A stretch of DNA of 64,000 bases from Vermamoeba vermiformis (lineage: Eukaryota), in NCBI GenBank assembly GCA_045837725.1, contig JBEWZL010000238.1, positions 124,001 to 188,000 on the forward strand, read 5' to 3'. The position numbers and the translations under genes are program-made. This document shows positions 51,019 through 63,018 of this stretch, piece after piece (position 1 is the stretch's first letter; every line of letters begins with the position of its first letter). Under the pieces are notes generated by a model, which searched no databases, was not told the origin of the DNA, and saw only the letters and a program-made list of their open reading frames with translations.

Positions 51019-52864
51019 CTACCATTTGGTCAAATTGACCTTCAGATCTTGCACAGTATTGACCGCACTGGTATTAAGTGGCGGTTTGAACGAGCTCAAC
51101 GTGACTTTGAAGTGTTGCATCAATGTCGCCAAGAACACCGCTTGTTCGATGACTGAGAACTGATTGCCAAGGCTATCGAAGACCATATTGTTAGTATTAA
51201 TATTAATGAAAAGATTGACAGCATACCAAGCACGAGACTTCAACGAAAAAGGTAAATAAGCGAACGGAACTGTTGGTTTCAAGAAGCGATCCGGATCGAA
51301 CTTTTCAGGCTCGTTCCAGAACTCAGGTGAGTGATGAATAGCGTAGAAATTAACTCCGATTTTGCACTATTATAAGAAAGGGTTAGACGGCGTTCAGATC
51401 CCAACATTTTTCTACTCACTCCTCGTGGAATTTGCTTTCCTTCAAATTCAGTGTCTTCGGCAATAGTGCGCGTCGGAACGTAAGATATAGGTGGTTGAAT
51501 GCGAAGATTTTCTTTGATGACGTTGTTAAGGTACGGCAACTACAAGTGACACGTGCCATTAATATACGATCGGATCCGTAACACCAGTAACGTACCTCTC
51601 GGACATTATCCGATGTGATAGGCTTGCCTTGGAGCACGCGATCGACTTCTTGTTTGAGTTTTAGTTGAATATCTTGATGCACGGCCAAATGATAAAGCAT
51701 CCAAGTCAATGCGGTAGCTGTTGTTTCGTGACCTGCCAAGAACATGATAAACGCATTTGTGACCAACTATGCAATGAATCACATATTAGCCGGGACCTAT
51801 TATACGTTTTATACTATGAGACTTACCTCATGTTCGGTCCAGCTTGGCTCATGAGCGTTCAACATGACGTCAATCAAGTCAAATCTTCCTTCGTGCTGTT
51901 TCACCGCTTTACGAGCCTAATAGCAGTTACTAAATATTCGTCATATATATTATTAATTAGTATGATTACGTACATTGATGATATCGAGCATTGACTGTTT
52001 GAGTTCAAGAATTGCATTGTTGACCCTCGGAACGAGATTTAAGCCTAATTTTTGCTCTAACTACAGAAATTAATCGAATTAATTACGAGATTCAATAAAA
52101 AAGTGACTAAGAGCTGCTTACTTTTCCTAAAATTAAAGTCTTTGGCACACTGGTCTCGCGCAATAAGATATTCAACGCTTTGAGGTCCTTGTCTTCTTCT
52201 CCTTTCATCGCATTGAAATTTCTGCTCAGCACTGTAACTCCAAGTACGTCCAATGTGAATAAAGGAATCCAACGAACGACATCCACTGGTTCAGACGAGA
52301 TTTTTTCCCAACGGTGCATTAATTCCAGTGATATGGCGTGAAAATCGTTCACCCATTGCTTAACGGCATCGAAGTGGAATGGCGGAGATAGGGTGTTGCG
52401 ATATTGTCTTAAAACTGAGGTTTAGACCGTTGCCAACTACCAGCGTTTAAAAGGACTTACCGCCACTGGTCATGATTCGAAAATACTACGTTATCCGAGA
52501 AAAGCTCTTTGGCATTTGTAACTGCCGTCATATGCGTTTTGGGGAAAGCATCTGGATTTGACAAAACAAACTAAAATAACATTTAACGTTGTATACACAA
52601 CAAATTATGTGGAATGCAAGAATTAAAAATAGTTACCTTCGCGCTGTCGGGATGAGTTGCCAAAATGAGCGTGAATGCAGGTGTATCAACTTTCGCAAAC
52701 TTCTCTTTTGTCCATCTGGCAGTCTGTCCAGCTATATTCCTGTAATCCTTCAAAAAGTCGAGGGTCGATAACCCAGGAAAATCTGTAAGTCGGTCGTTGT
52801 GCTTTTTATAAGTATACAGCACGTAGACAACTACTGCTCCAATTACAATCAAAAAGATCTGCAT
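51019..52864 (-). CDS. Cytochrome P450 (tandem copy A)
   Basis: N-terminal anchor, FLAGHETTA I-helix, KENLR (ExxR), FDPDRF, heme motif PFSLKSRAC with the Cys codon split by an intron. Confidence 0.95.
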
Positions 52865-53378
52865 CGCGATTAGTATTGCGTCGTGTTAGAATAAGAACCA
52901 ATTGTGCTTACCCAGTTTATATGACAACAATTGGAATAAGTTTGTTACGTAGCCGTAATAATATCAATTTTTACGTTGAATCACAATTCAAATTAACCGA
53001 TGAGTTTTCTACTCTCGGCCCGCCTTCCGACACCAGTCTAGCTTTAAATCTCGCCAACTGAAAACAACTTTCTTGTACATCCCATTGTTCGAATTTTTCA
53101 TAGATAGGCGTAGCCGGCAACAAATGCCAATAGATGTGCGCCAGATCCGGATCTGTGTCAAATTCGAACTTTACAAGTTTCCTAGTAGCTGGCTTAAATT
53201 AAGTACCTAAATGCATCTCGTAACAAACCAGTATGATCAAGATTAGACGCGCTGTCGGAATAAATTTGGAGTGAATTTATTGAACAGATTCTGAATCTGA
53301 TCAGATTTTCAGATCCAATTCAGCTGCTCTACAAATTAAACGAAAATACATGCTAAACAACAAAACGTATCGCAGCTT

Positions 53379-55213
53379 CTACCACTTAGTCAAATTGATC
53401 TTGAGCTCCTGAACAGTATTGATCGCACCGGCATTAAGCGGTGTTTTAAACGAGCTCAACGTGACTTTGAAGTGTTGCATCAATGTCGCCAAGAACACCG
53501 TTTGTTCAATGATCGAGAACTGATTGCCAAGGCTATCGAAGACCATATCGTTAGTTTTGATATTGCAACAAGAGTAATTAAGAGCTTACCAAGCACGAGA
53601 TTTCAATGAAAAAGGTAAATAAGCGAATGGAACTGTTGGTTTCAAGAAGCGATCCGGATCGAACTTTTCAGGCTCGTTCCAGAACTCAGGTGAGTGATGA
53701 ACGGCATACATATTCAGTGCAATCTTGGTCTGATGCATAAATAAGGTCACTAAGATCTCTTAGAATTATAGCAAAGATTAAACTTACCCCTTTCGGAATG
53801 ACCTTGCCTTCAAATTCAATGTCTTCAATAGCGCCACGAGTAGGAATGTAGGATATGGGCGGCTGAATGCGAAGATTTTCTTTGATGACGTTGTTCATGT
53901 AAGTCAGCTACGGGTGACACGTGTCATTTAATATTTTTCACGAGCGGATCCAGAACACCAGTTACGTACCTCGCGGACATTATCAGATGTGATGGGCTTG
54001 CCTTGAAGCACACGATCAACTTCTTGTTTGAGTTTTAGTTGAATATCTTGATGCACGGCCAAATGGTAAAGCATCCAAGTCAATGCGGTGGCTGTTGTTT
54101 CGTGACCTGCCAAGAACATGATAAACGCGTTTGAGACCAACTATGAAACAAATCATATATTAGCCGGGACCTATTATACGTTTTATACTATGAGACCTAC
54201 TTCGTGTTCGGTCCAGCTTGGCTCATGCGCGTTCAACATGACATCAATCAAGTCAAATTTTCCTTCGTGCTCTTTTCTCGCTTTTCGAGCCTGATGACAG
54301 TTTACTATGTGTTCGTCAATGTTTTAATATTACTACGCACGTTGATGATATCGAGCATTGACTGTTTGAGTTCAAGAATTGCATTGTTGACCTTCGGAAC
54401 GAGATTCAAGCCCAACATTTGTTCTAACTACAAAAATAAACGAATCAATGATTAGATTATATAAATATTTACCGAGCTTACTTTTCCGAAAATCAAAGTC
54501 TTTGGCACACTGGTTTCGCGCAATATGATATTCAACGCTTTGAGGTCCTTGTCTTCTTCTCCTTTCATCGCATTGAAGTTTCTGCTCATCACTGTCACAC
54601 CGAGTACGTCCAATGTGAATAAAGGAATCCAGCGAACGACATCCACTGGCTCCGAGGAGATTTTTTCCCAATGCTGCATCAATTCCAATGATATGGTGTG
54701 AAAATCGTTCACCCATTGCTTAACGGCATCAAAGTGGAATGGCGGAGATAGAGTGTTGCGATATTGCCTGGATCGAAAGACAAATTAAACATCCAGATCT
54801 CTTCTTAAGAAGAGAGTGATATCTTACCTCCATTGATTGTCGTTCGAGAATATAATGTTATCAGTGAATATTTCTTTCGCGTGTCTGACAGTATTCGCCG
54901 GGGTTTTAGGAAAAGCTGTCGGATTGGAGACCATGAACTGAAAAAGCGTTAGCTTGGATTATCCTGTTATTTTTATATGTGTTACCTTCACACTGTCGGG
55001 GTGAGTAGCCAGCACTATCGTAAAAACGGGCGTTTCTACTTTTGCTAACTTTTCTTTGGTCCATCTCGCTGTTCGTTTTGCAATATTCGAATAATCTTTC
55101 AGAAAATCTGCAGTGGATAATCCTGGAATATGCTTGTACTTATCACTCTGCTTCTTTACGCGGTATAAGACGTAAAGTGCGAGTGCGCCAACAACAATAA
55201 AAAAGATCTGCAT
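53379..55213 (-). CDS. Cytochrome P450 (tandem copy B)
   Basis: Near-identical central exons and the same intron positions as copy A; same motifs. Confidence 0.95.
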
Positions 55214-55497
55214 TTTTTTGAGGAAGTAGCTTGTTCCTATTGTTTGATCGAATATAAAATGCAAAATCTGCTTACGTTGGATTAAATAATACTGCTTGGA
55301 ATAAGTATATTACGTGACGTAATAAAGATCTCGCACCGACCAATCCCCGCTAGTTTTCAGTTGTGAATCACAAACATATTACCCGATAGTTTTCGATGGT
55401 CGGGTCGTTGTTAATGATGTGTTCGGAAAAATCCTATTTATTTGGAGCATTAATACGGATCTTGCTACGTAGCAAGAAAAAAACGAAATTCAGTTAC

Positions 55498-56517
55498 TTA
55501 AAATTGAACAGTGCTGTTGCTTGCTAGAGGCAGTTTAAATGGCACAGGCGGATCCGTAAGCATTGCAATAGTAATACCAGCAGGCTCCTTATTGTATTTT
55601 TTAATCTTCTTGTTGATGTACGCGAGCACATCTGCAACGGGATAATCCAAAGACACCTGAGCCATGGTGCTATGGAAGGGCTCTTGATCTTTGCGTCTGT
55701 ATTGTAACTTCACTCCTATAAAAATCACGATCAGAGTCTGAAAGATAGCTTAAAATTTAAGTATAATTGCAGTTTGTTTGAAACTGGAGTTGACAAAAAA
55801 TCGGATCGTGCTTTAAAGTTATCAAAAAATCTGGTATAGAACGTTTTGATATATATCATTGCTTACCGTTGGCTATTAAATACTCTTCTACCGCTAAAGC
55901 CAAAGCGCCCATCCGTTGTTGCGAGGCATCGTCAGCGAATGCAACGATAGAAATCTTTTCAGGGTCCAATGGATCTAAATTACATACAGCTTTGTCGAAG
56001 GTAACGTTGAGCGCAGGCCAAGGGTACTGCAGCAATAACTGGCCGATCCCGAACAATTCTTTTTGAGTCATGCAGCAAAAATCTGAAAAAAGTTTAATTA
56101 CTATAAGAAAATGTATCCTACAATAAGACTCTTAAGTATTTCGATAATTGTAAATTTGTTCGAGAGATCTGTCGGTACAAAAAATTCTAAGTAACTTTCT
56201 ACGATATTTTAAAATTCCAAATAATCGAAATTTGCTTACTAGTTATTAAAAAACTTACAGTTTAATGAGGTATGCAATTTTAAGCCTCCAGCGGTCGAGA
56301 TAACATTTTTGAATTTTTTTATGTAGTCGATCGCGTTGTCCATGTTGGTCCTGAAGTCCTGAAAAGTCACCATAGGCATAATAATAGCTTGTAGTGAACT
56401 TTGGTTCGGTTCTGGGCATGAAATAGGGCATACTACGTAGTTGTGGCAAACATCGTTCGATCGAGCAAACGGCAACACCACCACAAAAGCAAACAATATT
56501 ATAGCGATTGCCCGCAT
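55498..56517 (-). CDS. Secreted 2H-phosphoesterase-like protein
   Basis: Signal peptide MRAIAIILFAFVVVLPFARS; two Hx[S/T] motifs, LHTSL and FHSTM, in separate exons. Confidence 0.6.
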
Positions 56518-56798
56518 GTCTCTTAAATTAATACTGATAATTAGTAATAATTTTTAAACGAAGCATTATTTTACCTGCGTTGACCAAGTTTGACTATTTT
56601 CAGGGGCTAACCATTCTAAAGAGGCACCATTTGACGAACAAACCGAGCATAAATTAACCTTGCTAATAATTGGAATTTTCCTGGAAGCAAGACAAGCTGA
56701 CAGAGAGAACTTGTTGTGTAGTGCGTGATCTGAACAAGCTATGCAATACGAACGGTTAAAAACGCAATGATAAATAATAACCTGCTCGCAAAGCTATT

Positions 56799-59106
56799 TT
56801 ATTTTGGCAATCGTTTGTCGAGATCAGCGACAATATAAGCCAAAACTGAAGTAACGGCAGTACCCGCATCCAACTTCAGAATATTCAAAGTTAGTGAGTT
56901 ATAAACATAATATTAGTTCAATTAAGCATGTACTTACGTCATCAGAGTTTAATACACTCATAGTATCGCCTTCAGAGTGGTGGAAGTAGAAATAACGGTC
57001 ATTCGCTGTTTGCAACGAGGCAGCAGGCACGCCTTAACAGCAACATTGTTAATTATAACGATCAGAACAATTTTTCGTTAAAATCACTAATTGAGACATA
57101 CCAGCATTGATAGCCAAGCCAAGATCCGGACACTCAGCGTTGTCAAAGTATGTTGTAGCGTTAAGAGGGCCGAGTAAGCCAACAATTTGTTGAATAACTG
57201 AAAATAATCCAAGAATTAATATTTAGGTCAACAGTACTAAGCTATTTTCTTTATAGAGGACGTTTAAATAAAAGCGCGATCTCGAATCCGTTTTTACGTA
57301 CCAGCCTTAGCAGCACTAGATCCAGTAAAAGCGATGCCCTTTGGTTTAAACACACCCATGTCACTCTCTTCCACCATCACAAAGTTCTTCAAGATCTCGT
57401 CTTTGTGCCGAGCAAAGTATTCGTTACCACCAAAAATTCCAAACTCCTCTGCGGTCCACATTACCATGCGAATAGTTCTCTTGGCACGCATACCCAACTA
57501 ATAATATAATTTAGCATTGTTTCATTGAAAGAACTTACGTATAAGTTTTATGTGCGGACATCTGGTTTTCGGATCACGTTATTTTTCTCGAATGCTTACG
57601 TATTTCAATAATGAGATAGTATTATATGCTACAAAGGCACCTCCTCCATCATCCATTGCTCTATAATAATAAATAACACGTTAGTATTGAGCTTCGTGCA
57701 CGTGTCCGATGACAGATCTAAGCGACATTTGCCTTATTAGGAAATATCGCACAACACCCGCAGAATTATCTACAATACATACCCTTGACCTACATCCCAG
57801 CTATCAATATGACCACTCACAAGTACTATTTCTTCGGGATACAAAGTGCCCTTAAGATCCGCAACAATGTTGTGCGATCTAGTCTCGCCCAAGTTTCTAG
57901 CTTCCATTTTCAAATGCACTAAAGGATTCTGACCTCTATATATATATTGGTTAATATGAATATTGATTGATTAATTAACGGGTTCATACCTGTTTTGCAT
58001 TCGCCAAAGCATTTCAGCGTCTTCGACGGTGATGCTAGCAACGGGGATCTTGGTAACGTTCGTTTCATAATGCTATGCACAATATTAGTATATCATTATT
58101 ATGATATAATAGGCAGCTATATTCATACTTGAACACCAGTGTGCGGCGAGTAGATGCTGAGCGGAGTGACAGATCGAACTAACGCTGCAAGGGCTCCTAA
58201 CTTAGCAGCCTCGGAGGCACCATTTGTACGGTACTATAGTATTATATTAATATATAGCATTGATAATTGAGGGTCGTTACGTACAGCCACGGACGAACCA
58301 TAGCTGATCCAAGGTTGATTGTACACGACGATCTTGCCATATACTTCAGCAGATCTGTTGTACAACTCATCAAAACTTCTGACAACGATGACCTAGTAGC
58401 ATAATTAATATAGTTAGGCTTATGAGATAATATTCAAGGATGAATTATTGGTGAAAAGTCACGTGTACACGAGGGTCGAAAAAAGCCTTTAATGAACTTA
58501 CAGGCGCTAGAATTCCATCAGGACCAGTACCAATGCTCGTTCCTAAAGCGAGAATAGACATAGGCTTTCTTCGAGGCGCAATCAGCTCGCAACTCTCGCG
58601 GCCTTCAAAATAGATCCGTTACCAAAAAAAATTCGATTGAATTTTCTAATGTATGCCGTTTCAATCATATTATTAAAATTGTTACCTCTCACCCAATGAG
58701 GAACTTTAACTTCCTCTAAATGCACGTTATCAAAGCCCTCCAACTCTAATTGAGTCAAAATATAATCTAAATGGGAAATTAATAATACTATACGACCAAA
58801 CAAATCAATTATATTATCAAATAAATTACTAATAATATTATAAGCAATTGCACGAGGAGTTAAATGTAATAATCGACGATGATTACCTGTCGCATCCTTG
58901 AGATTCTGCGATCCAATCATGCGCGGGCCGAATGTATCCGCTACATAAGCCAATCTATCAAAGGTCAATCCTTTTCTAGGAGGCGTTGTTGCGGCAGCAA
59001 TAATCTTAGCCGCATCCGTTGCGTGGTCAAGCACATCTTCTTTAAAATCCTTTAGGGCAAAGCAACTAATAGCCACTACTAATATAATCAAAATTGTGGC
59101 TTTCAT
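56799..59106 (-). CDS. CPQ: Carboxypeptidase Q (peptidase M28 with PA domain)
   Basis: [84 protein letters not shown]. Confidence 0.92.
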
Positions 59107-59252
59107 TCTCGTGTCAACATAAAAAAATCTACGTCACAGAAAAGAAAATAGTTTTTGCGAGCCAGCACGAGACCACAGCAATTTAATCTCGAATTATTAA
59201 TCGCGATTTTATTGACCTAATATATATATTTATTAACGAGCAGACTTGCGAA

Positions 59253-59575
59253 ATGGGTGGAATGCGAGACGTAATTTTAGTTGCAGGCCTCGGAGTTATT
59301 TCCGGCTATTATATTTTTAAGCCACTTATTCAAGAATCATTGTAAGTATTTAGCGTGTAAATAATATGATTTATTTTAATTTATTACAATTTATTGCAAA
59401 TTTTCTTTGGTCAAACCTCGATCTGTCACCTGAACTAACACTAAATGTAACCTATCAATATAGGCAGAAAAGATATCCTGAATTACAACAGAAACAAATA
59501 GAGCAAGCAAATAATCCTACGAAGGAATCTAAAGTGGAAACAACGCCATCCACGAATGCGGGCAAAAAACAATGA
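59253..59575 (+). CDS. Small (about 66 aa) single-TM microprotein, PIGBOS1-like pattern
   Basis: Two exons: MGGMRDVILVAGLGVISGYYIFKPLIQESL|QKRYPELQQKQ...KKQ*; GT at 59342, AG at 59462-59463. Confidence 0.6.
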
Positions 59576-59703
59576 TGAAGGCACATATCGAAGTATCCTC
59601 TTGTTAATACCTGTCTATATGCATGTAAATAGCCATAATTACATTTCGTTTGCTTTTTGCTTGGGACCATAATTTGCTGACAAGCCTAGACTATTAACAG
59701 TAT

Positions 59704-62681
59704 TTACATGCATGTCGCTTTACATCTGTCAGCTCCACTGGGCAACGGGCACTTGAAGCTGTTGAACGATGCATCACATTGCAGTATAGTAGGGACCTTA
59801 TTGATGTTAGTGAACATATTATGAGACACGTTGAATACTCTCAGCGAAGTGAAAAGTAGCACATCCGGCAAGTCACCAGTAAAGTTGTTGCAGCTGAGAT
59901 CTACCAGCTCTAAACTCGGTTGTGAACCTTCCATAGTTACTAGTGAATCCAATGTACCAGTAACATTGTTATTATTGAGCAAAAGAGCTATGAGTGAGGC
60001 TGGAAGTCTCGGCAAAATTCCTTCAAGTGCATTGTACGACAGATCCAGCTGTGACAATCCCGATTTAAACTCAGGTATTGTGCCATGTAGTTGATTATTG
60101 TTGAGATATACTTCGTTCAGATGAATCGACGTTATTTGCGAAGGAATTGTTCCAGTCAAATTGTTGTGGCCCAAACTTAACAACCCCAGCAGCGGCTTAT
60201 TCGTGAACAGTGAGCCAGGTATTGTGCCGTTGAGTTGATTAACTGACAAATCAATTTGAGCTAAGTTAATGCACTTGGTAAATGTATCGGGAATCGTTCC
60301 GGTCAAGGCGTTGCTGTTCAAAATAAGCCTCGATAGCTGCGAGTTGCAAATAACTTCTGGAAGTGTGCCGTGTAAGTTGTTCTCTGAAAGGTCCAACAGT
60401 TCAAGTAACTTTGCTTCTCCTATGCTCTTTGGTATTGTACTTTTAAATGCGTTAAGTGACAGATCCAGATCTTTCAGCTCGGGAAGTCGGAAGATATCTT
60501 CGGGAATTTCGCCGTTGAATAAATTGCTATGACAGTTGAACGCCTTCATAGCTGTCAGTGAGCCAATAGATTTCGGTATTGTTCCGTCAAATAAGTTAAA
60601 AGATAAATCCAACTCTTGCAATTTTGAAAGATTTCCAATGGACTCAGGAATCGTGCCAGTAAATCTGTTGTGTCGTAAGGCAATCAAGGCTAAGTTTTTC
60701 AAGCCTACGAGTGTTTCCAAAATTGGACCATCGAAATCGTTGTCTTCCAAGATAAGCTGTCGTAAATTCTGCAATGCTGACATGCTCTTCGGAACACTGC
60801 CTGAAAGAATGTTGCCTGCCACGCCAAAAAAGACTAACTCGCGAAGAAATCCGATGTCTTGCGGTATTGTTCCGGCAAGCAAATAATTGCCTGAAAGTGC
60901 AATGTACTCAAGTTTTGTCATCGTTGTGATGCTGTCGGGTATCGTGCCAGATATGCGATTTGATTGCAGATCCAAATGACGCAAGTTCGCCAACAAATTG
61001 ATGTTCGAAGGAAAACTACCTGTCATGTTGTTTTCTGGCAATACGATGCTGTACACGCTGCCATCTTGACACGTGATACCGTACCACTCGCACACGGGTT
61101 GGTCTGTTAGCCAGTTTTTTGAATTCGTCCAGTGAATGCCATTCGTTGCGTGATAAAGTGATTCGAGTACTTTTTGCTCATCTGATTTGATTGGTGCGTT
61201 AGGCGTTGGATCGCGTAATGCAAAGAAAATAACAGCTGACACAGCTACTGCCATTGTCGACACTGCGATCAATATGATCATGATGCGCCAAGCCAGTGGT
61301 ACTGCTTTTGATCTCGATTGTTTGGATTCAGTGAACGGTGTGATGGTGGCACTTGAGTCACGTGACTTCTTATCGATAAACGCATCGTATATCGAGTCCA
61401 ACGCTTGTTGTAACTTCTCGTTGTCAGCTTTGATGTTCTTGATGTCATTGAAGTTCTGTCTGATTGATTCACTCAGATAAGGAATCAATGACTCGTAGTC
61501 CACATGAAGAATTCCATCGATCAGTTGCACTGCTGATGGCACCACACTCTCCACTTGTTGTGCAATGTAGCCAACAAATCGTTTGTTCACGTTTGGATGC
61601 ACTCCTGGCTTGAACTTGTAATTGACACCATCGATGCGAAGAAGCACGTCACGGCAATCAAAATCTAGTTTAAGTAATAAGAACGCTATTTGAAGACACA
61701 AGATGATTTGTACGGCATTAAAAAGCTTGTAACGTACCTTCGGCAAGTAGCCTGATGTCCTCTTTGATGTTGATATCTGATGCTTTGTAGAAGTTCAAAG
61801 CTCTGAAATTTCCAACTACCTCGGCATTGCCGTTATATAATACCATGTATTGTTCGTTTATATGCTCGCTATAGCTATTGTCAACTGTTAGAAGAGGTAG
61901 ATCTCGCGAACATTAAATATTTACAAATACTTACTGAGGAACAATAGGATATTCGATAACGTCAGGAGATGCTTCTATAATGTTTTCTTGGTAGTCAATT
62001 AACTCCGAACTTTCGTTAGACCCATAGTACTGTTCGTGGTGAGATTCGATCGAATTGTTCGCTTCATTAACTGAAGATTCTTCGCTGTTCGAGGGTTGTA
62101 TGTTGGGTATAGGTACCATATTTACATTATCTTCGTTATCTAGCCATGTTATCACAACGGAAACTAATTTTAAAAATTAGATCCGGAAAACACCCGAAAT
62201 AATTTTAATCAACGTTTAAATAATAATTACCTTTGGTCGGATTCTCTTCACCATCGATCTCTTTAGCTATCTTTGGCAGTAATTTTAAATTTTCAGAGCT
62301 TCCACATTGTAAGATTGTTTGCGTTGAATTAAAACAAGCCACTGCGATGCGAACCCCGCGTTCTTTGAGTCTACGAAAATCAAATACATAATGGTTGATT
62401 TTTAGGTTCAATGTAACGCCTTCAATTCCACCATGAGCCGAGCTGTAATTGATCGAGAGTGGATTTCGCTTTCCCCATGCGAAACAATTCACTGCTTCCT
62501 GTTCTTCATTCTTCTGCTTGTTAAAGTAATATAATTGAACGCAGTACTGATAGAAATTATGCGTTGTCTTGTCGGTGACTGCGAAACCGAATGGTGCTTT
62601 CAATGCTGCAACGGTGAAATTGGCTGGGAATGCCAACGGCACGAACACCGAGAATATTTTTCTTACACGAATGGCTTGCAT
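59704..62681 (-). CDS. MYRF-like membrane-tethered protein: putative Ig-fold N-domain, peptidase S74/ICA autocleavage domain, coiled coil, TM, C-terminal LRR ectodomain (about 925 aa)
   Basis: Exons 62681-62231, 62163-61935, 61874-61738 and 61664-59704 splice in frame with GT-AG introns (2778 nt). Motifs: INGNAEVVGNF...ASDINIKEDI, GYIAQQV, VDYESLIPYL, TM IMIILIAVSTMAVAVSAVIFFAL, LRRNT (NWLTDQPVCEWYGITC) and 24-aa LxLxxNxLxGTIP repeats. Confidence 0.85.
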
Positions 62682-63018
62682 GTTATAGTTCTAATTTAAT
62701 AAATAAAATGATTCCAACGGAGCTTCGAACGTCATCGCCTGTCACTGATTGCAACGCTTGTTAACGGCACAACCAAATTGATTGTATGCCTTAAGGTTAC
62801 CATTTACTGTCAGCTATCATATAGTACTCTATTTTACGTGTTTATCTAGCGGTTCTATTATGTTACACGCTCGTTAATTGCTACATTTTTCAGCTTCGGC
62901 AACGGAAACTTGAAGCGATTGAATTCACAATTATTAGGTACCTTAGTCTCGAATGTAGCAAGAAAGAGGTATTTAATATACAACGAGCCATAAATTTACA
63001 ACTTTGTTATCAACTATT

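Noticed and set aside
51180-51240. P450 pseudogene lacking the heme Cys (ORF reads SRAWY)
   Set aside because: The Cys codon is split by an intron (TG|gt...ag|C) in both copies; spliced products read SRACLG.
42864-55213. Biosynthetic gene cluster (peroxidase, Mo enzyme, PLP lyase, two P450s)
   Set aside because: No scaffold-forming enzyme, predicted compartments differ, and no shared regulatory motif is visible; proximity alone is expected in a gene-dense genome.
61665-61746. ORF-track N-terminus MPKVRYKLFNAVQIILCLQIAFLLLKL as a signal peptide for the 680-aa LRR ORF
   Set aside because: It starts at a non-ATG codon and is read-through of a GT-AG intron (61737-61665). Splicing joins the upstream exon carrying the catalytic SDINIK, so the protein is not a simple secreted LRR.
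61400-61800. Prophage or phage tail-fibre remnant suggested by the S74 domain
   Set aside because: The domain is interrupted by a spliceosomal intron, is fused in frame to TM and LRR, and has no phage genes nearby.
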